Source: a virus (Duplodnaviria > Caudoviricetes). Taken from it: 45,629 nt of DNA. This document shows positions 19,491-28,260 of the stretch, in pieces. How positions within the stretch are numbered: position 1 is the first letter of the stretch; every line of letters begins with the position of its first letter. The DNA is taken from positions 1 to 45,629 of IMG/VR virus record IMGVR_UViG_3300017716_002065, one strand, 5' to 3'. A model generated the notes under the pieces. It saw nothing but the letters and a program-made list of their open reading frames with translations. It searched no databases and was not told the DNA's origin. Position numbers and translations under genes: made by a program.

Positions 19491-20224
19491 TAATAGACCC
19501 CCGTGAAGCCGGTACTCCAACCACCGAAGCCAGTCATGGTGTCAAACAGCACATCAGGGCTCGTGGACGAGTTGGTCATCATGTAGCGGCCCGTGAACAT
19601 GGATTTCACCATCTTGTAGATTTCCATGGTGATGGCGGGCATTTCCTTGCCGTAGCGGGGCTCAAGGCGCATCGCCAACTCGATAATAAACAGGTCGTCG
19701 TATAGGGTCGGGTAGGGCAGGTTATTGCTCAGGCCAACGGCGTCTGGAACGATAATCCACTGCGCCAATTCACGCCGGTAGAGCAGGCTAACACCTACGC
19801 CGGAAGCGTTGAGAACAAGGGAAGCGCCGCCGTCCACAAGGTTGCCGTTTCCCTCAATGGTGAGGAAATTGGTGCCGAAGGTGCCGCCTACGTCAAGAAC
19901 CACTATGCGGGCTCCGTCTCCAGGGGACGGTGGGATCTTGATTGTCTTGGCCGAGTCAAGCAGGCAGTTGAGGTAGATATCCTGCGGGATGGCCACCTTG
20001 TCTGCGTAGGGCGTAAAATCACGGAATACAGAGCCGCGCTGTTGGCGGATGTCGGAGACTTGGCCCAGCCAGAGCGTAACAATGGGCGCACGGACGTAGC
20101 GGTCGATAATCCCCTGTAGGAGAGGAAGCGCCTCCGTAACCTGGGCATCAGTAGGCGCAACGTCGCTAGGGACGATTTGCGTCTCTCGGAAAGCCCGGTT
20201 GATGATTACGGAAGCGGTTGTCAC
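19490..20224 (-). CDS. P22 gp4-like head completion/adaptor protein
   Basis: MTTASVIINRAFRE...EALPLL, LPYPxxYDDLFIIELAMRLEPRYG. Confidence 0.75.
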   Translation of the reverse strand: MTTASVIINRAFRETQIVPSDVAPTDAQVTEALPLLQGIIDRYVRAPIVTLWLGQVSDIRQQRGSVFRDFTPYADKVAIPQDIYLNCLLDSAKTIKIPPSPGDGARIVVLDVGGTFGTNFLTIEGNGNLVDGGASLVLNASGVGVSLLYRRELAQWIIVPDAVGLSNNLPYPTLYDDLFIIELAMRLEPRYGKEMPAITMEIYKMVKSMFTGRYMMTNSSTSPDVLFDTMTGFGGWSTGFTGVY

Positions 20225-20511
20225 TAGGTGGCCTCAAAATATCCAAGAGCAGTCAGTTTCTCGTGCATCTTGCGGGGCGATTCGTTTGCGTGGACCTTCT
20301 GTTCCAGCTTACGGAGCGCCGCAATCAGGTCGGCCTTGTGAATGCCGCCGTGAGCATCCGGGCCGTCTTCCGGGGGTGCGGAGCCGGGTTCGATAATCAG
20401 GTGCATGTCTTCCGGGGGATGCCAGCCAACAGGCACGTCTTCCTGTTTTTCAAAAATAGCCGATTGACCCTCAGGTCCGAACCGCCAGCTAGGCCACGCA
20501 ACAAAACTCAT
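20224..20511 (-). CDS. Hypothetical protein (95 aa)
   Basis: WPSWRFGPEGQSAIF..VPVGW motif; GAGGG RBS; coupled to the next gene. Confidence 0.65.
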   Translation of the reverse strand: MSFVAWPSWRFGPEGQSAIFEKQEDVPVGWHPPEDMHLIIEPGSAPPEDGPDAHGGIHKADLIAALRKLEQKVHANESPRKMHEKLTALGYFEAT

Positions 20512-20519
20512 TTTACCCT

Positions 20520-20642
20520 CTATGCCGCTAACTTCCCCTCATGGGGGAACCACTCTGTTTCGTCGTCTTCCTCATCCTCCCAATCGGGAGTTTCATCGAA
20601 CGGGTCGATAATATCCCCAGGCAGGATGAGTTGGACGATCAT
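20520..20642 (-). CDS. 40-aa highly acidic peptide (MIVQLILPGDIIDPFDETPDWEDEEDDETEWFPHEGKLAA)
   Basis: Fills the gap between two late genes; GGTGG before the ATG. Confidence 0.5.
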   Translation of the reverse strand: MIVQLILPGDIIDPFDETPDWEDEEDDETEWFPHEGKLAA

Positions 20643-20651
20643 GTGCCACCA

Positions 20652-20963
20652 TTATTGGTCGCGAAGCACGCCGAAAATCGGGGTGTCTTGCAGGCCCTTT
20701 TGTTGGGGAGCGCGAATATAGAACAGGGCCGCTGTCGCTGCGGGCCAAAGCTGCTCGAAAGTGCTTTCGTGCTCTTTGTTGCTGGGGTCAAACATGAGGA
20801 AGCCGGTGGTTTCCAGCGGTACGCCAGCAGTCGTAACGGCAAGCTGCCATTTGCATCCGCACCTGTTCTGGATTTTCAGGTAAACCGGGTTGGTTGCGAC
20901 AAGCACCCAATCGGCAACAGCATCGCCAGCAGGGACCGCAATATTTACGCTCGAATAAGCCAT
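20652..20963 (-). CDS. Hypothetical virion-associated protein (103 aa)
   Basis: Directly after the coat gene terminator; AAAGGG RBS; beta-rich. Confidence 0.6.
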   Translation of the reverse strand: MAYSSVNIAVPAGDAVADWVLVATNPVYLKIQNRCGCKWQLAVTTAGVPLETTGFLMFDPSNKEHESTFEQLWPAATAALFYIRAPQQKGLQDTPIFGVLRDQ

Positions 20964-21014
20964 TTTGAGCCCTTTAATTCGTTATGGGTACGTTACCCAT
21001 CCACCACTTAGGAA

Positions 21015-21048
21015 GCAATACGCCCCCGCCTTTTTAGGTGCAGGGGCG
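21015..21048 (-). terminator. Hairpin after the coat gene, putative terminator
   Basis: CGCCCCUGC/GCGGGGGCG stem followed by UAUUGCUU. Confidence 0.55.
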
Positions 21049-21072
21049 CTTGCGAGTTCTAACTCATCAGGG

Positions 21073-22395
21073 TTAGCCGTTGATGCGGACAACCTTGAAC
21101 CGTCCGAACGCTTCCGTATTGAACTGGTACGGAGTGTCGAAGCGGGTGATTGAGACGCCCGTGTTGCCGTTGGAGAAGCGGTGCGCGCGGAGGGTGAGCG
21201 GCACAGACTTCATCTTGCGGGAGGCGTTCTCGCCCGAGGGGAGGTCTTCCAGCGTGGCAGAGATAACCCGGCCAACACCGCGACCAACCACAGCACGCTG
21301 CACGAAGCTCGTGGAAGCCGCGCCAACCCAGGTGATAACAGCGTTATCCGCAGGAGCAGCCGAGACGGTGGCGTTAGCGTTGTTCACGCCGAGGTCGCCC
21401 GTCAGGGTGCCGTTCTGCACGATGATCGCCGGGAAGATGCGGAGAGCCGCAACCGCGCCGCCAGCGTCAGCAACCGTAGCGCCGATCACTCGGAACTGTT
21501 GCAGACGACCGAGGGACGCGCCTTTGCGGTTATCCCAAGCGAACACACCAGCGATGGTGAAGATTTCGCCGTCAGCAATCGTCGCGTTGGCACCGAAGCC
21601 GTCAGCAGCAATCGTCTGCGTCAGGAAGCGGCCATTGGTCGTGGTGGACTGAGCAACCGCCGTGTAGTTCACGTTCTGGGTCGCGCCGTTAACCGCGCCG
21701 TTGGTGCGGGTGCCGGTCGTGAAGGTCGGAACCTGCTGCGTGAACATGACTTTCATGCCAGCAAGCTCACGGACCTTGGAGTTGTTTCCGAAGGTGTTGA
21801 GGATTGCAGCCTGCGAGTCAGCGGCAGGGCGGATGGTTTCCGCCATGTACTTGCCGAGGATCGACATATCGCTGTAGGGCAGGACAGCGAACATTTCACC
21901 GTCCGGAACGCCCTCTTCCTTCAGGCGCACGTAGCCGTCCAGAATTGCGTCGATGTCGTTAACAGCCGTGCCGGGGGTGCCGGTCCAGTTGTTACCAGCG
22001 AGCATGGTGCTGGAGAGAAGCTGAGCGTCAACCTTTTCACCGGCGTTTTGGCCGATGGCGCGGAGACGGTCATCACGGAGAGCGGTGTCTTCGTCACGGA
22101 TGTGTGCGAAGTCTTCAAACACGTAGTCAAGCGTGACACCGGAGTTCAGCGCGTAGATTTCTGCGCCGAGTGCCGTATCCTGCTGAGCCGCCGAAATGTC
22201 GGAAATCGCGCCGGTCCACGTCCGCATGTTGAAGCGGGGCGGGACACGCTCGATAACCTGGAAGCGGTTGGTCGGGCTGATTTTCGCTGCGGACTTGTCC
22301 ATCCAGCGAAGCATTTTGGATGCGAAGAGGTTGTTCTCCATCGCGGCGCAAATGGCGTCCGTGACAAGAGCAAGCTGCGGTTGACTGTTAGGCAT
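21073..22395 (-). CDS. Major capsid protein, P22 coat (gp5) family
   Basis: 440 aa after the scaffold; GEIFTIAGV...LQQFRV...IFPAII...APADNAVITW insertion domain typical of P22-like coats. Confidence 0.9.
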   Translation of the reverse strand: MPNSQPQLALVTDAICAAMENNLFASKMLRWMDKSAAKISPTNRFQVIERVPPRFNMRTWTGAISDISAAQQDTALGAEIYALNSGVTLDYVFEDFAHIRDEDTALRDDRLRAIGQNAGEKVDAQLLSSTMLAGNNWTGTPGTAVNDIDAILDGYVRLKEEGVPDGEMFAVLPYSDMSILGKYMAETIRPAADSQAAILNTFGNNSKVRELAGMKVMFTQQVPTFTTGTRTNGAVNGATQNVNYTAVAQSTTTNGRFLTQTIAADGFGANATIADGEIFTIAGVFAWDNRKGASLGRLQQFRVIGATVADAGGAVAALRIFPAIIVQNGTLTGDLGVNNANATVSAAPADNAVITWVGAASTSFVQRAVVGRGVGRVISATLEDLPSGENASRKMKSVPLTLRAHRFSNGNTGVSITRFDTPYQFNTEAFGRFKVVRING

Positions 22396-23297
22396 TTATT
22401 TTCTCTTTTTTGCCATGTGTTGCGGGAAGCCTTCAACATCCGCTCGTAGCTGGCATCGCTGTCCTTAGCGAACTGGCCGTTTGTGCCACGGGGTGTTGTC
22501 GGCATGGGTTTGGCAGTGGTTGTCTTTGCTGCCACCTTTGCCGAACCGGCGAGACGGGCAGAAATCTTTCCAAACTCAAGGGTTTGGTCCATCGGCTCCA
22601 TGGCCGTGATTTTTTCCAGCAAATCCGGGTGCTGTCCCAGGTGGTAGAACACGTCTTCCGCGTTCTCCAACTTCACCAGCCTTTGTAAAGCCTGCGGTGA
22701 TGGAGGCATCGCCATAAGGGCGTCTTGAACAACTTCCTCGAAATCGGAATACTTGTCAACACCCCGTTTACCGACAGCGTCAGCCGTGGCGGCGAGAGAA
22801 GCGTTTTCTGTCGTCTCTTGCGCCCTTTGGAGGTTGCTTTCCGTAGCGGTCCTGGCGGCGTGAATTGCCTTTTCCGCTACATATTCCTCGAATTTGTCCT
22901 GATAATCAGCAACCGCCTCCTCATATTTCGGATCCCAGCGACCAAGGTCGTAATTGGCCGGATTAGGGCGGGCGGGGGCTTTCGGTGCATCGAATGCGTC
23001 GTTTTGACGCGGCTGCGTGCGGAGAGTTTCGACTTCACGCTTAAGCTCAGCTACCTCAGCGATTGCATCGTCAGCAGCCTTTTTCGCGCGACGGGCGTAG
23101 AAAGCTTCACGGGCGGCAGCTTTTTGCTCCGGCGTATGCTCTGCGGCCTCGTCTGCTTTGGCCTCAGGCTTTGCCTCTTCAGCTTTGGCTTCCGGTTTGG
23201 CGGCAGCTGCTAGCTCAAGCAGGGCCGGAACCACAAACTCAGATTGAACGGGAGCCGCGTTGTCTTGAACGGACTGCTCGAAAGTTTCGTTTTCCAT
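22146..23297 (-). CDS. Scaffolding protein (ORF runs 250 nt into the coat gene; expected end near 22400)
   Basis: Ala/Glu/Lys-rich, KYSDFEEVV, VFYHLGQHP...EFGKISARL motifs; between portal and coat. Confidence 0.8.
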   Translation of the reverse strand: MENETFEQSVQDNAAPVQSEFVVPALLELAAAAKPEAKAEEAKPEAKADEAAEHTPEQKAAAREAFYARRAKKAADDAIAEVAELKREVETLRTQPRQNDAFDAPKAPARPNPANYDLGRWDPKYEEAVADYQDKFEEYVAEKAIHAARTATESNLQRAQETTENASLAATADAVGKRGVDKYSDFEEVVQDALMAMPPSPQALQRLVKLENAEDVFYHLGQHPDLLEKITAMEPMDQTLEFGKISARLAGSAKVAAKTTTAKPMPTTPRGTNGQFAKDSDASYERMLKASRNTWQKRENKCLTVNRSLLLSRTPFAPRWRTTSSHPKCFAGWTSPQRKSARPTASRLSSVSRPASTCGRGPARFPTFRRLSRIRHSAQKSTR

Positions 23298-25432
23298 TAG
23301 TCTTTGCCTCCACTGGCGTTCGGTTTAGGGATAGGGGTCTTCTCGATTTTCTCGATTTCCGCGAGAACCTTGGCGGTCTGGGCAAGCAGCAGGTCCATGC
23401 GCTTGTCCATTTCCCGGATTTTTGCAGTCGTGATCCGGGCGTCATCTTCAGCCTTGAGCGCCCGCTCGTAAGCCTGGGATTTTTCAGACTGGGCCATTGA
23501 AAGTGCGGCCTCGGCTGCGGCGCGGGATTTCTCTGCGTCGGCAACCTTCTTGTCGATCTCCGCAGTAATACCCTGAAGCTCAAGCTCTTTCATCTTCTGG
23601 GCTTCAGCGGCCTGTGCCTCGGCAGCTTTCACAGCTTCCGGGTCATCCTTGTCCAGCACGCCGGAACGCTCACGGAGCGCCTTGGTAAGCTTATCGGTTC
23701 CAGGAATATTCAGGAGTTCGATAAGTTCCGGGGCTACCAGACCCATGAGTTCGGGGTTGGAGTTGAACATGGTTTCGTAGAAGGCAATTGCTTGTGCGCG
23801 CTGGGTGTCGGCTGAAGGGCCTGTGCTAACATCAACGGCGTAACGACCGATAGTAATATCTTCGGACTCAGGGTTATCTGGATCATTGAGAATTGCCTCT
23901 TTGGCTTTTCCGTCGTCACCGATGATTTTTTGAATCCGGGGTCCGTCGTAAACCTTCGGAATAATCTGATTGATGACGCTATAAAGCTCTTTTTTCGCGG
24001 CTTCGACCATCTGGTCATAGATCATGCCGCCGTTGTCAGCGATGTTCTGCTGTTGTTCCAGCGCGATACCGGAGTGGGGGGTCGATCCCTCAAGCCCCAC
24101 GAGGCCCGGTTTCAGGCCGAAAATGTCGTAGATGGACTGCTGAGCCGCTTGCGTCTCAATAATCGCGGCTTGGTCAACTACGGGCGGGGCAACCTGCTCC
24201 GGCTTGGGTCCACGGTACTTCAGGACGCCGCCACGGAGGCGGTGAGCGTTGCGGTAGCCAGCTTCCTGCTCCGCCGACAGGGCGTCTTCCTGGGCTTCGT
24301 ACTGGGCGCGGTTGCGGAACACGATGCGCTCGATACGGTCGGACTTGACGTAGTTATAGAAGCTCAGCGCGTCTTTCGCGAACGAAATCATGCCGTAGCG
24401 TTCCATACGCTCGCCAACCATCAGCATCCAGCCGGGGACACGGATGATGGGTACACGGTCGCAGTCGAGGATGTACGGCTCCCCAAGAATTTGAACGCCG
24501 TTGGTGACGACACCACGAGCATATTTAACCTGGGAGTCGCGGATAATCGGGGTTCCGTCTTTGCGGACGACTACCGTGTGAACACCGCCATCGGGAGCGG
24601 GTCTGGAATAATCGACCGGATCAATTCCGGTAATATCTACCGTCTCGCCGTTGGTCAGGAGCGCCAGGGTGCGTGTCTTTTCGTGCATGGTCCAGACAGT
24701 GGCGACACGAACTGTATCTTCCATAATCCAATCGCTGTACCCAACGGTGCGCTCGGGGCCGATGCCGACAGGAAGAGTAATGCTGGTAGCCGGATTATCG
24801 CCAACGCTGCCAATAGTCGCCTTGGGGTAGAGCTTCTCAAAATCCTTGCGGCTTAGCACGGTCTCCTTCATGACGCGGCGGGCGTCACGTCCCGTGGGCT
24901 CAACCGACAGGCCGTCCCAGATCACTGACCAGGGGTTGGGGTCTGTTTTAATGAAGATATCTGTTTCGAATACGTCTGCGTTGGCGTACTCGATGCATAC
25001 TTCGTAGTTCGCGACCCCCGCAATAAGTTGGTTCTGGGACACAATACCATCCACGGTAGGGATGTTGCTGTTCCGCTCGATATTTCGAGTAAGTCCCTCA
25101 CGGATGAACGCGATGCTGTCATATTGTTTGCCAGTGCTGATGGGAAGGATACGGGGTCCAATGCGACGGCGCGCACGGGCTCCCAGGCGATCCCGCAGCA
25201 GGCTGGGGACCATGTTAAAGGTCATCGCAGGAATATCGTTGGAAGTGCGCCACTTGTAGTCGGCGGCGGGCCACTGGTAACCGGCTGCATAGCGGGTGTC
25301 GTCAATGCCACGGTCGCGGTTGCGCTGGTCTGAGTCCAGGTCTTCCTGACGCCAGCCACGGATAGCCTCACAGAGAGCCTCCTCTGTCGGGAAATCCTCA
25401 AGCTGGAGGGTATTCGTGGTTTTCAAAGGCAT
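23297..25432 (-). CDS. Portal protein, P22-like
   Basis: DxRYAAGYQW, MTFNMV, IPIIRVPG-like, GMISFAKD, SGIAL, GRYAVDVSTGPS; C-terminal coiled-coil barrel. Confidence 0.9.
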   Translation of the reverse strand: MPLKTTNTLQLEDFPTEEALCEAIRGWRQEDLDSDQRNRDRGIDDTRYAAGYQWPAADYKWRTSNDIPAMTFNMVPSLLRDRLGARARRRIGPRILPISTGKQYDSIAFIREGLTRNIERNSNIPTVDGIVSQNQLIAGVANYEVCIEYANADVFETDIFIKTDPNPWSVIWDGLSVEPTGRDARRVMKETVLSRKDFEKLYPKATIGSVGDNPATSITLPVGIGPERTVGYSDWIMEDTVRVATVWTMHEKTRTLALLTNGETVDITGIDPVDYSRPAPDGGVHTVVVRKDGTPIIRDSQVKYARGVVTNGVQILGEPYILDCDRVPIIRVPGWMLMVGERMERYGMISFAKDALSFYNYVKSDRIERIVFRNRAQYEAQEDALSAEQEAGYRNAHRLRGGVLKYRGPKPEQVAPPVVDQAAIIETQAAQQSIYDIFGLKPGLVGLEGSTPHSGIALEQQQNIADNGGMIYDQMVEAAKKELYSVINQIIPKVYDGPRIQKIIGDDGKAKEAILNDPDNPESEDITIGRYAVDVSTGPSADTQRAQAIAFYETMFNSNPELMGLVAPELIELLNIPGTDKLTKALRERSGVLDKDDPEAVKAAEAQAAEAQKMKELELQGITAEIDKKVADAEKSRAAAEAALSMAQSEKSQAYERALKAEDDARITTAKIREMDKRMDLLLAQTAKVLAEIEKIEKTPIPKPNASGGKD

Positions 25433-27046
25433 TTAACTCATCCATCCTGATCCGACTGGCGGAAGCCCTGGAATACGCGGCAGGTTATTAAAAGGTTCTC
25501 CGCTTGTACCCATTACCGAAGGCTGGTTCAATGGCTGGACGTATTCGTCTGCAAAGGTGAGCCCGACCGCATCAAACAAGTCATGGGAGCGGCCCTTTAG
25601 CTGGGCTTTGGGGACAAGATGGAAGTCGCCCTCTTGATTGATAAACTTGATTTGCGGGGCGCAGAAGTCAGCCGTGATTTCTTCCTCATCGGGAAGGTCC
25701 AAGCCTTCAACCGACTGAAGGGCTTCCTTGACCCGCCACGCCATTTCAGCCTTCCGGTTCTTCGGCCCAGGCTTGTCCGGTCGCCTCAGTTTCGCTTGGC
25801 TCGTCGACCCAAAATTCACGGGCCGAATCAGGGTAGAATACTTGGGGTCGTCTCTCAGGGCGGATGAAAGGGCGTCCCCGTTCCCGCCCCCGCCCGCGTC
25901 GATGAAAACTCGGTCTGGCTTTTGGTCCTCGATAACCGCTTTTAGCCATTCCAAGCCTTCATTGAATTTAACTTTGGTGCGGTATTTTACGGATTTAACC
26001 TTCCTACCCTGCCTAACCGCGATAGTGAAGCGGTCCCCGCCCATCGAAGCCGGGTCAACGCCAATGACCACGGCACCGTGGGGCAGAATGTCGGCGTTAC
26101 GCGCCCGCTGAACATCCACAGGGGAGATAAAGGCGTCTTCTTCGACTGCGTTAAAAGCATCCGCCACTGATAGCGGGAACTCGCGGCTCCAGCGAATAAT
26201 GTTGCGTGGGCCATTCATCTTCCTCCGACGCCAGTAAATTTGCCCAAGCGTCAGGCCGTTAATCTCGTGAAGCTCGGCCTCGGACGGGAAAGCCTCGTTA
26301 TCGCGCTCCTGCTGAAGCTCGAAATCTGCTGGCGGCTCGCTGTAGCAGCCTGGGTCTTTGTTCCACGGGACGAAAATCAGTTTGTATTCGGACGCGCCCT
26401 TGAGGCAATCCATGCAGCGTTCAAAGAAAGGGCCAAAGGGCTGTTTAGCCGTTCCTTCCAGCCAAATCTCAGTACCCGGCATGTCGGAGACGCAGTTTCC
26501 GATGCCTGACATTTGCTCTTCAAGGTTGTCGATTACCCCCGCTTCGGAAAGGTGTAGAAAGTTGATCTCGTCACCTCGGCCAGCATCTTCGGTTTCTGAT
26601 GAATAAATGGCGTAGCGCGAGTCCATGCCGTCAAACTCAAGTCCCTTAATGTTAGCTGTCCCCAGGGGTGGGGCAAAGGGATTGTTGTCCTGAAAACGGC
26701 GCACGATGCGGTACAGTGCATTAACCGATGATCCCAAGTGCGCCATGATTGCCACGGAGACGCCGTGATTCATTGATGCGCGGTGATAGCCACGTCCCAG
26801 GATGTAGGTGGAAGCGCCTGCGCGGCGGTATTTCAAGGTGATCGCGCGCACAACGCCGGTTTCAGCCTTTTGCTTCTCGGCGGCGTTATGGATGATATGC
26901 TGGGTCGGCGTAAACGTAAGGGGAGCTAGCTTGCCACCCTTGTCGCGGAGTTTCAACGCCTGATCGCCAAACTGCGGATAATTCTGCCGCAGGAACGCCA
27001 AGCGCCTAAGTGCGGAATCTTCTCCGGAGTGCGGGGTAATCAGCAA
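25433..27046 (-). CDS. terL: Terminase large subunit
   Basis: LKYRRAGAST Walker A, LHLSEA Walker B, EGTA, REFP...AF, IGVDPA..GGD, DAGGGG, SHDLFDAVGLTF; TTG start with AAGAGGG RBS. Confidence 0.92.
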   Translation of the reverse strand: MLITPHSGEDSALRRLAFLRQNYPQFGDQALKLRDKGGKLAPLTFTPTQHIIHNAAEKQKAETGVVRAITLKYRRAGASTYILGRGYHRASMNHGVSVAIMAHLGSSVNALYRIVRRFQDNNPFAPPLGTANIKGLEFDGMDSRYAIYSSETEDAGRGDEINFLHLSEAGVIDNLEEQMSGIGNCVSDMPGTEIWLEGTAKQPFGPFFERCMDCLKGASEYKLIFVPWNKDPGCYSEPPADFELQQERDNEAFPSEAELHEINGLTLGQIYWRRRKMNGPRNIIRWSREFPLSVADAFNAVEEDAFISPVDVQRARNADILPHGAVVIGVDPASMGGDRFTIAVRQGRKVKSVKYRTKVKFNEGLEWLKAVIEDQKPDRVFIDAGGGGNGDALSSALRDDPKYSTLIRPVNFGSTSQAKLRRPDKPGPKNRKAEMAWRVKEALQSVEGLDLPDEEEITADFCAPQIKFINQEGDFHLVPKAQLKGRSHDLFDAVGLTFADEYVQPLNQPSVMGTSGEPFNNLPRIPGLPPVGSGWMS

Positions 27047-27063
27047 TAGTAGTCCCTCTTGGC

Positions 27064-27132
27064 AGAGGCGCGGTCTCGCAAGCGGTGGTCAAAGCCGCAA
27101 CCGGGGGAGGGAACCGGGGAAACCGCGCCTCT
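27064..27132 (-). promoter_or_regulatory. Structured 5' leader of the terL/late operon
   Basis: 11-bp perfect inverted repeat AGAGGCGCGGT (27064-74 / 27122-32), extendable with G-U on the minus strand; ends next to the RBS. Confidence 0.5.
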
Positions 27133-27134
27133 TG

Positions 27135-27201
27135 TATTTTTCTGACCATTGTTGATTCTGTCGTCAATGGGGCTTGCGAAAGTTTTTTTTGGGTCTATGT
27201 T
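27135..27201. promoter_or_regulatory. Back-to-back putative sigma70 promoters
   Basis: Minus: TTGACG-N17-CAGAAA toward terL; plus: TTGCGA-N16-TATGTT toward the structured RNA. Confidence 0.45.
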
Positions 27202-27206
27202 CACTC

Positions 27207-27487
27207 GCTCACGCTGGTCGGGATAGGGGTAGTACCTGAAGCCAGCAGCGGCGTGAGGTCTAACGTGTCACTGTGGGATTCCTGCCGACACAACCCCGGT
27301 ACTGAACACCCGAGGGGAAGCACAGGGTGGAGACGCACCAGTCTCCATAAAGTTGGGGTGGACCTACAGGCCGGTGCGGTACTGTAGGGTCTTATGGTCA
27401 TACGGCGGCTCCGTTTAGGGCATGACACGACCTGAAGACATGGTGACTAACCCGGTTTCGGCTGGGATTAGTCGTACTATGTCTTCA
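27207..27487 (+). ncRNA. Candidate ~280-nt structured non-coding RNA of unknown class
   Basis: Seven nested helices, several G-U pairs valid only on the plus strand, UUCG-capped 3' hairpin, promoter immediately upstream, no credible ORF. Confidence 0.6.
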
Positions 27488-27607
27488 ATCACCGACTCAC
27501 CATTTAGAACATTTACGAAGTAAGGTAGTATAGAATCTACAGCTTAAGTTGGAATACAACATAGAGCTTTATGTTTCGCGGAATTCGTTTTGTAAGTAAC
27601 ACAGGCA

Positions 27608-27636
27608 TTTACACCTTCCACGTCTTTCTGTATAAG
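27608..27636 (+). promoter_or_regulatory. Putative sigma70 promoter for a leaderless terS-like mRNA
   Basis: TTTACA-N17-TATAAG, with the ATG 5 nt downstream. Confidence 0.5.
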
Positions 27637-27641
27637 GACGC

Positions 27642-27974
27642 ATGGAGGCTTTTTTGCTGACGAAACCGCCCAAACCACCCGTTATTGTTGCTGGCGATCC
27701 GCTAGCCATGTCGCGCATCAACAAGAAGCATATTAACGATGCTTTTGAGCGCATTGGTGGCCTGGATCGTCTGGCTGACGAAGCCGATAAAGACCCGAAG
27801 TGGTTTATCGAAAAAGTCTGGGTAAAGACCATCCAGCCCGAGAAAATCGAGATTGCACGAGAGAAAACCGTCGCAGAGCTTCTGGCTGAGCTAGACGCCG
27901 CGATGGAGAACAAAACACCACAAATCGAGGGACAAGTGGTTTATGACACTGACTTTGAAGAAAACAAAGACTGA
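27642..27974 (+). CDS. Putative terminase small subunit-like protein
   Basis: DAFERIGGLDRLA...DPKWF...KTIQP motif of a small-terminase-like family; lies next to terL. Confidence 0.55.
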   Translation: MEAFLLTKPPKPPVIVAGDPLAMSRINKKHINDAFERIGGLDRLADEADKDPKWFIEKVWVKTIQPEKIEIAREKTVAELLAELDAAMENKTPQIEGQVVYDTDFEENKD

Positions 27975-28260
27975 GCTTCTCACCAAGGACGTGGAGCGCA
28001 GGGTTGCCTATGCTATTTCTGTGTTCATGGGCGACACCGAGCCTAATTCTCGTGATTGGCTCCCTGAGGCCAAAACTGTCGTTTCCGCCTACGTCATCGG
28101 TCAAAAGCCCGTTGTAGCCGCTCAAAGGCTGCTTACGTGGCACTGCGTCGATATGGGCATGCCAGAGGAAGACCTGTGCGAGCTTTCCAAGGAAGACGCT
28201 GAGCCTTTCCTGCGGCACGCAATTGCTGGGTATTTCTTCCTGGTTGGGGTGGACAAATGA
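27943..28260 (+). CDS. Hypothetical protein (105 aa)
   Basis: Overlapping and coupled ORF in the plus-strand operon. Confidence 0.55.
   Translation: MTLTLKKTKTELLTKDVERRVAYAISVFMGDTEPNSRDWLPEAKTVVSAYVIGQKPVVAAQRLLTWHCVDMGMPEEDLCELSKEDAEPFLRHAIAGYFFLVGVDK

Noticed and set aside
21049-21070. CTGATGAG on the minus strand after the coat gene, resembling a hammerhead ribozyme core
   Set aside because: It is followed by GCAA, not GAAA; stem II is not formed (GAGTT pairs with AACTC) and there are no stems I/III
17146-22449. Long plus-strand ORFs 17146-18363 and 21181-22449
   Set aside because: Antisense shadows of well-supported minus-strand virion genes in GC-rich DNA; no motifs or RBS
27432-27502. 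Hammerhead (CUGAAGA), group I P7 (GACUA/UAGUC) or tRNA/tmRNA-like (TTCAATC, ...CACCA) readings of the structured RNA
   Set aside because: No GAAA, no P3/J8-7 context and no T-stem pairing; the motifs are explained by the simple long hairpin
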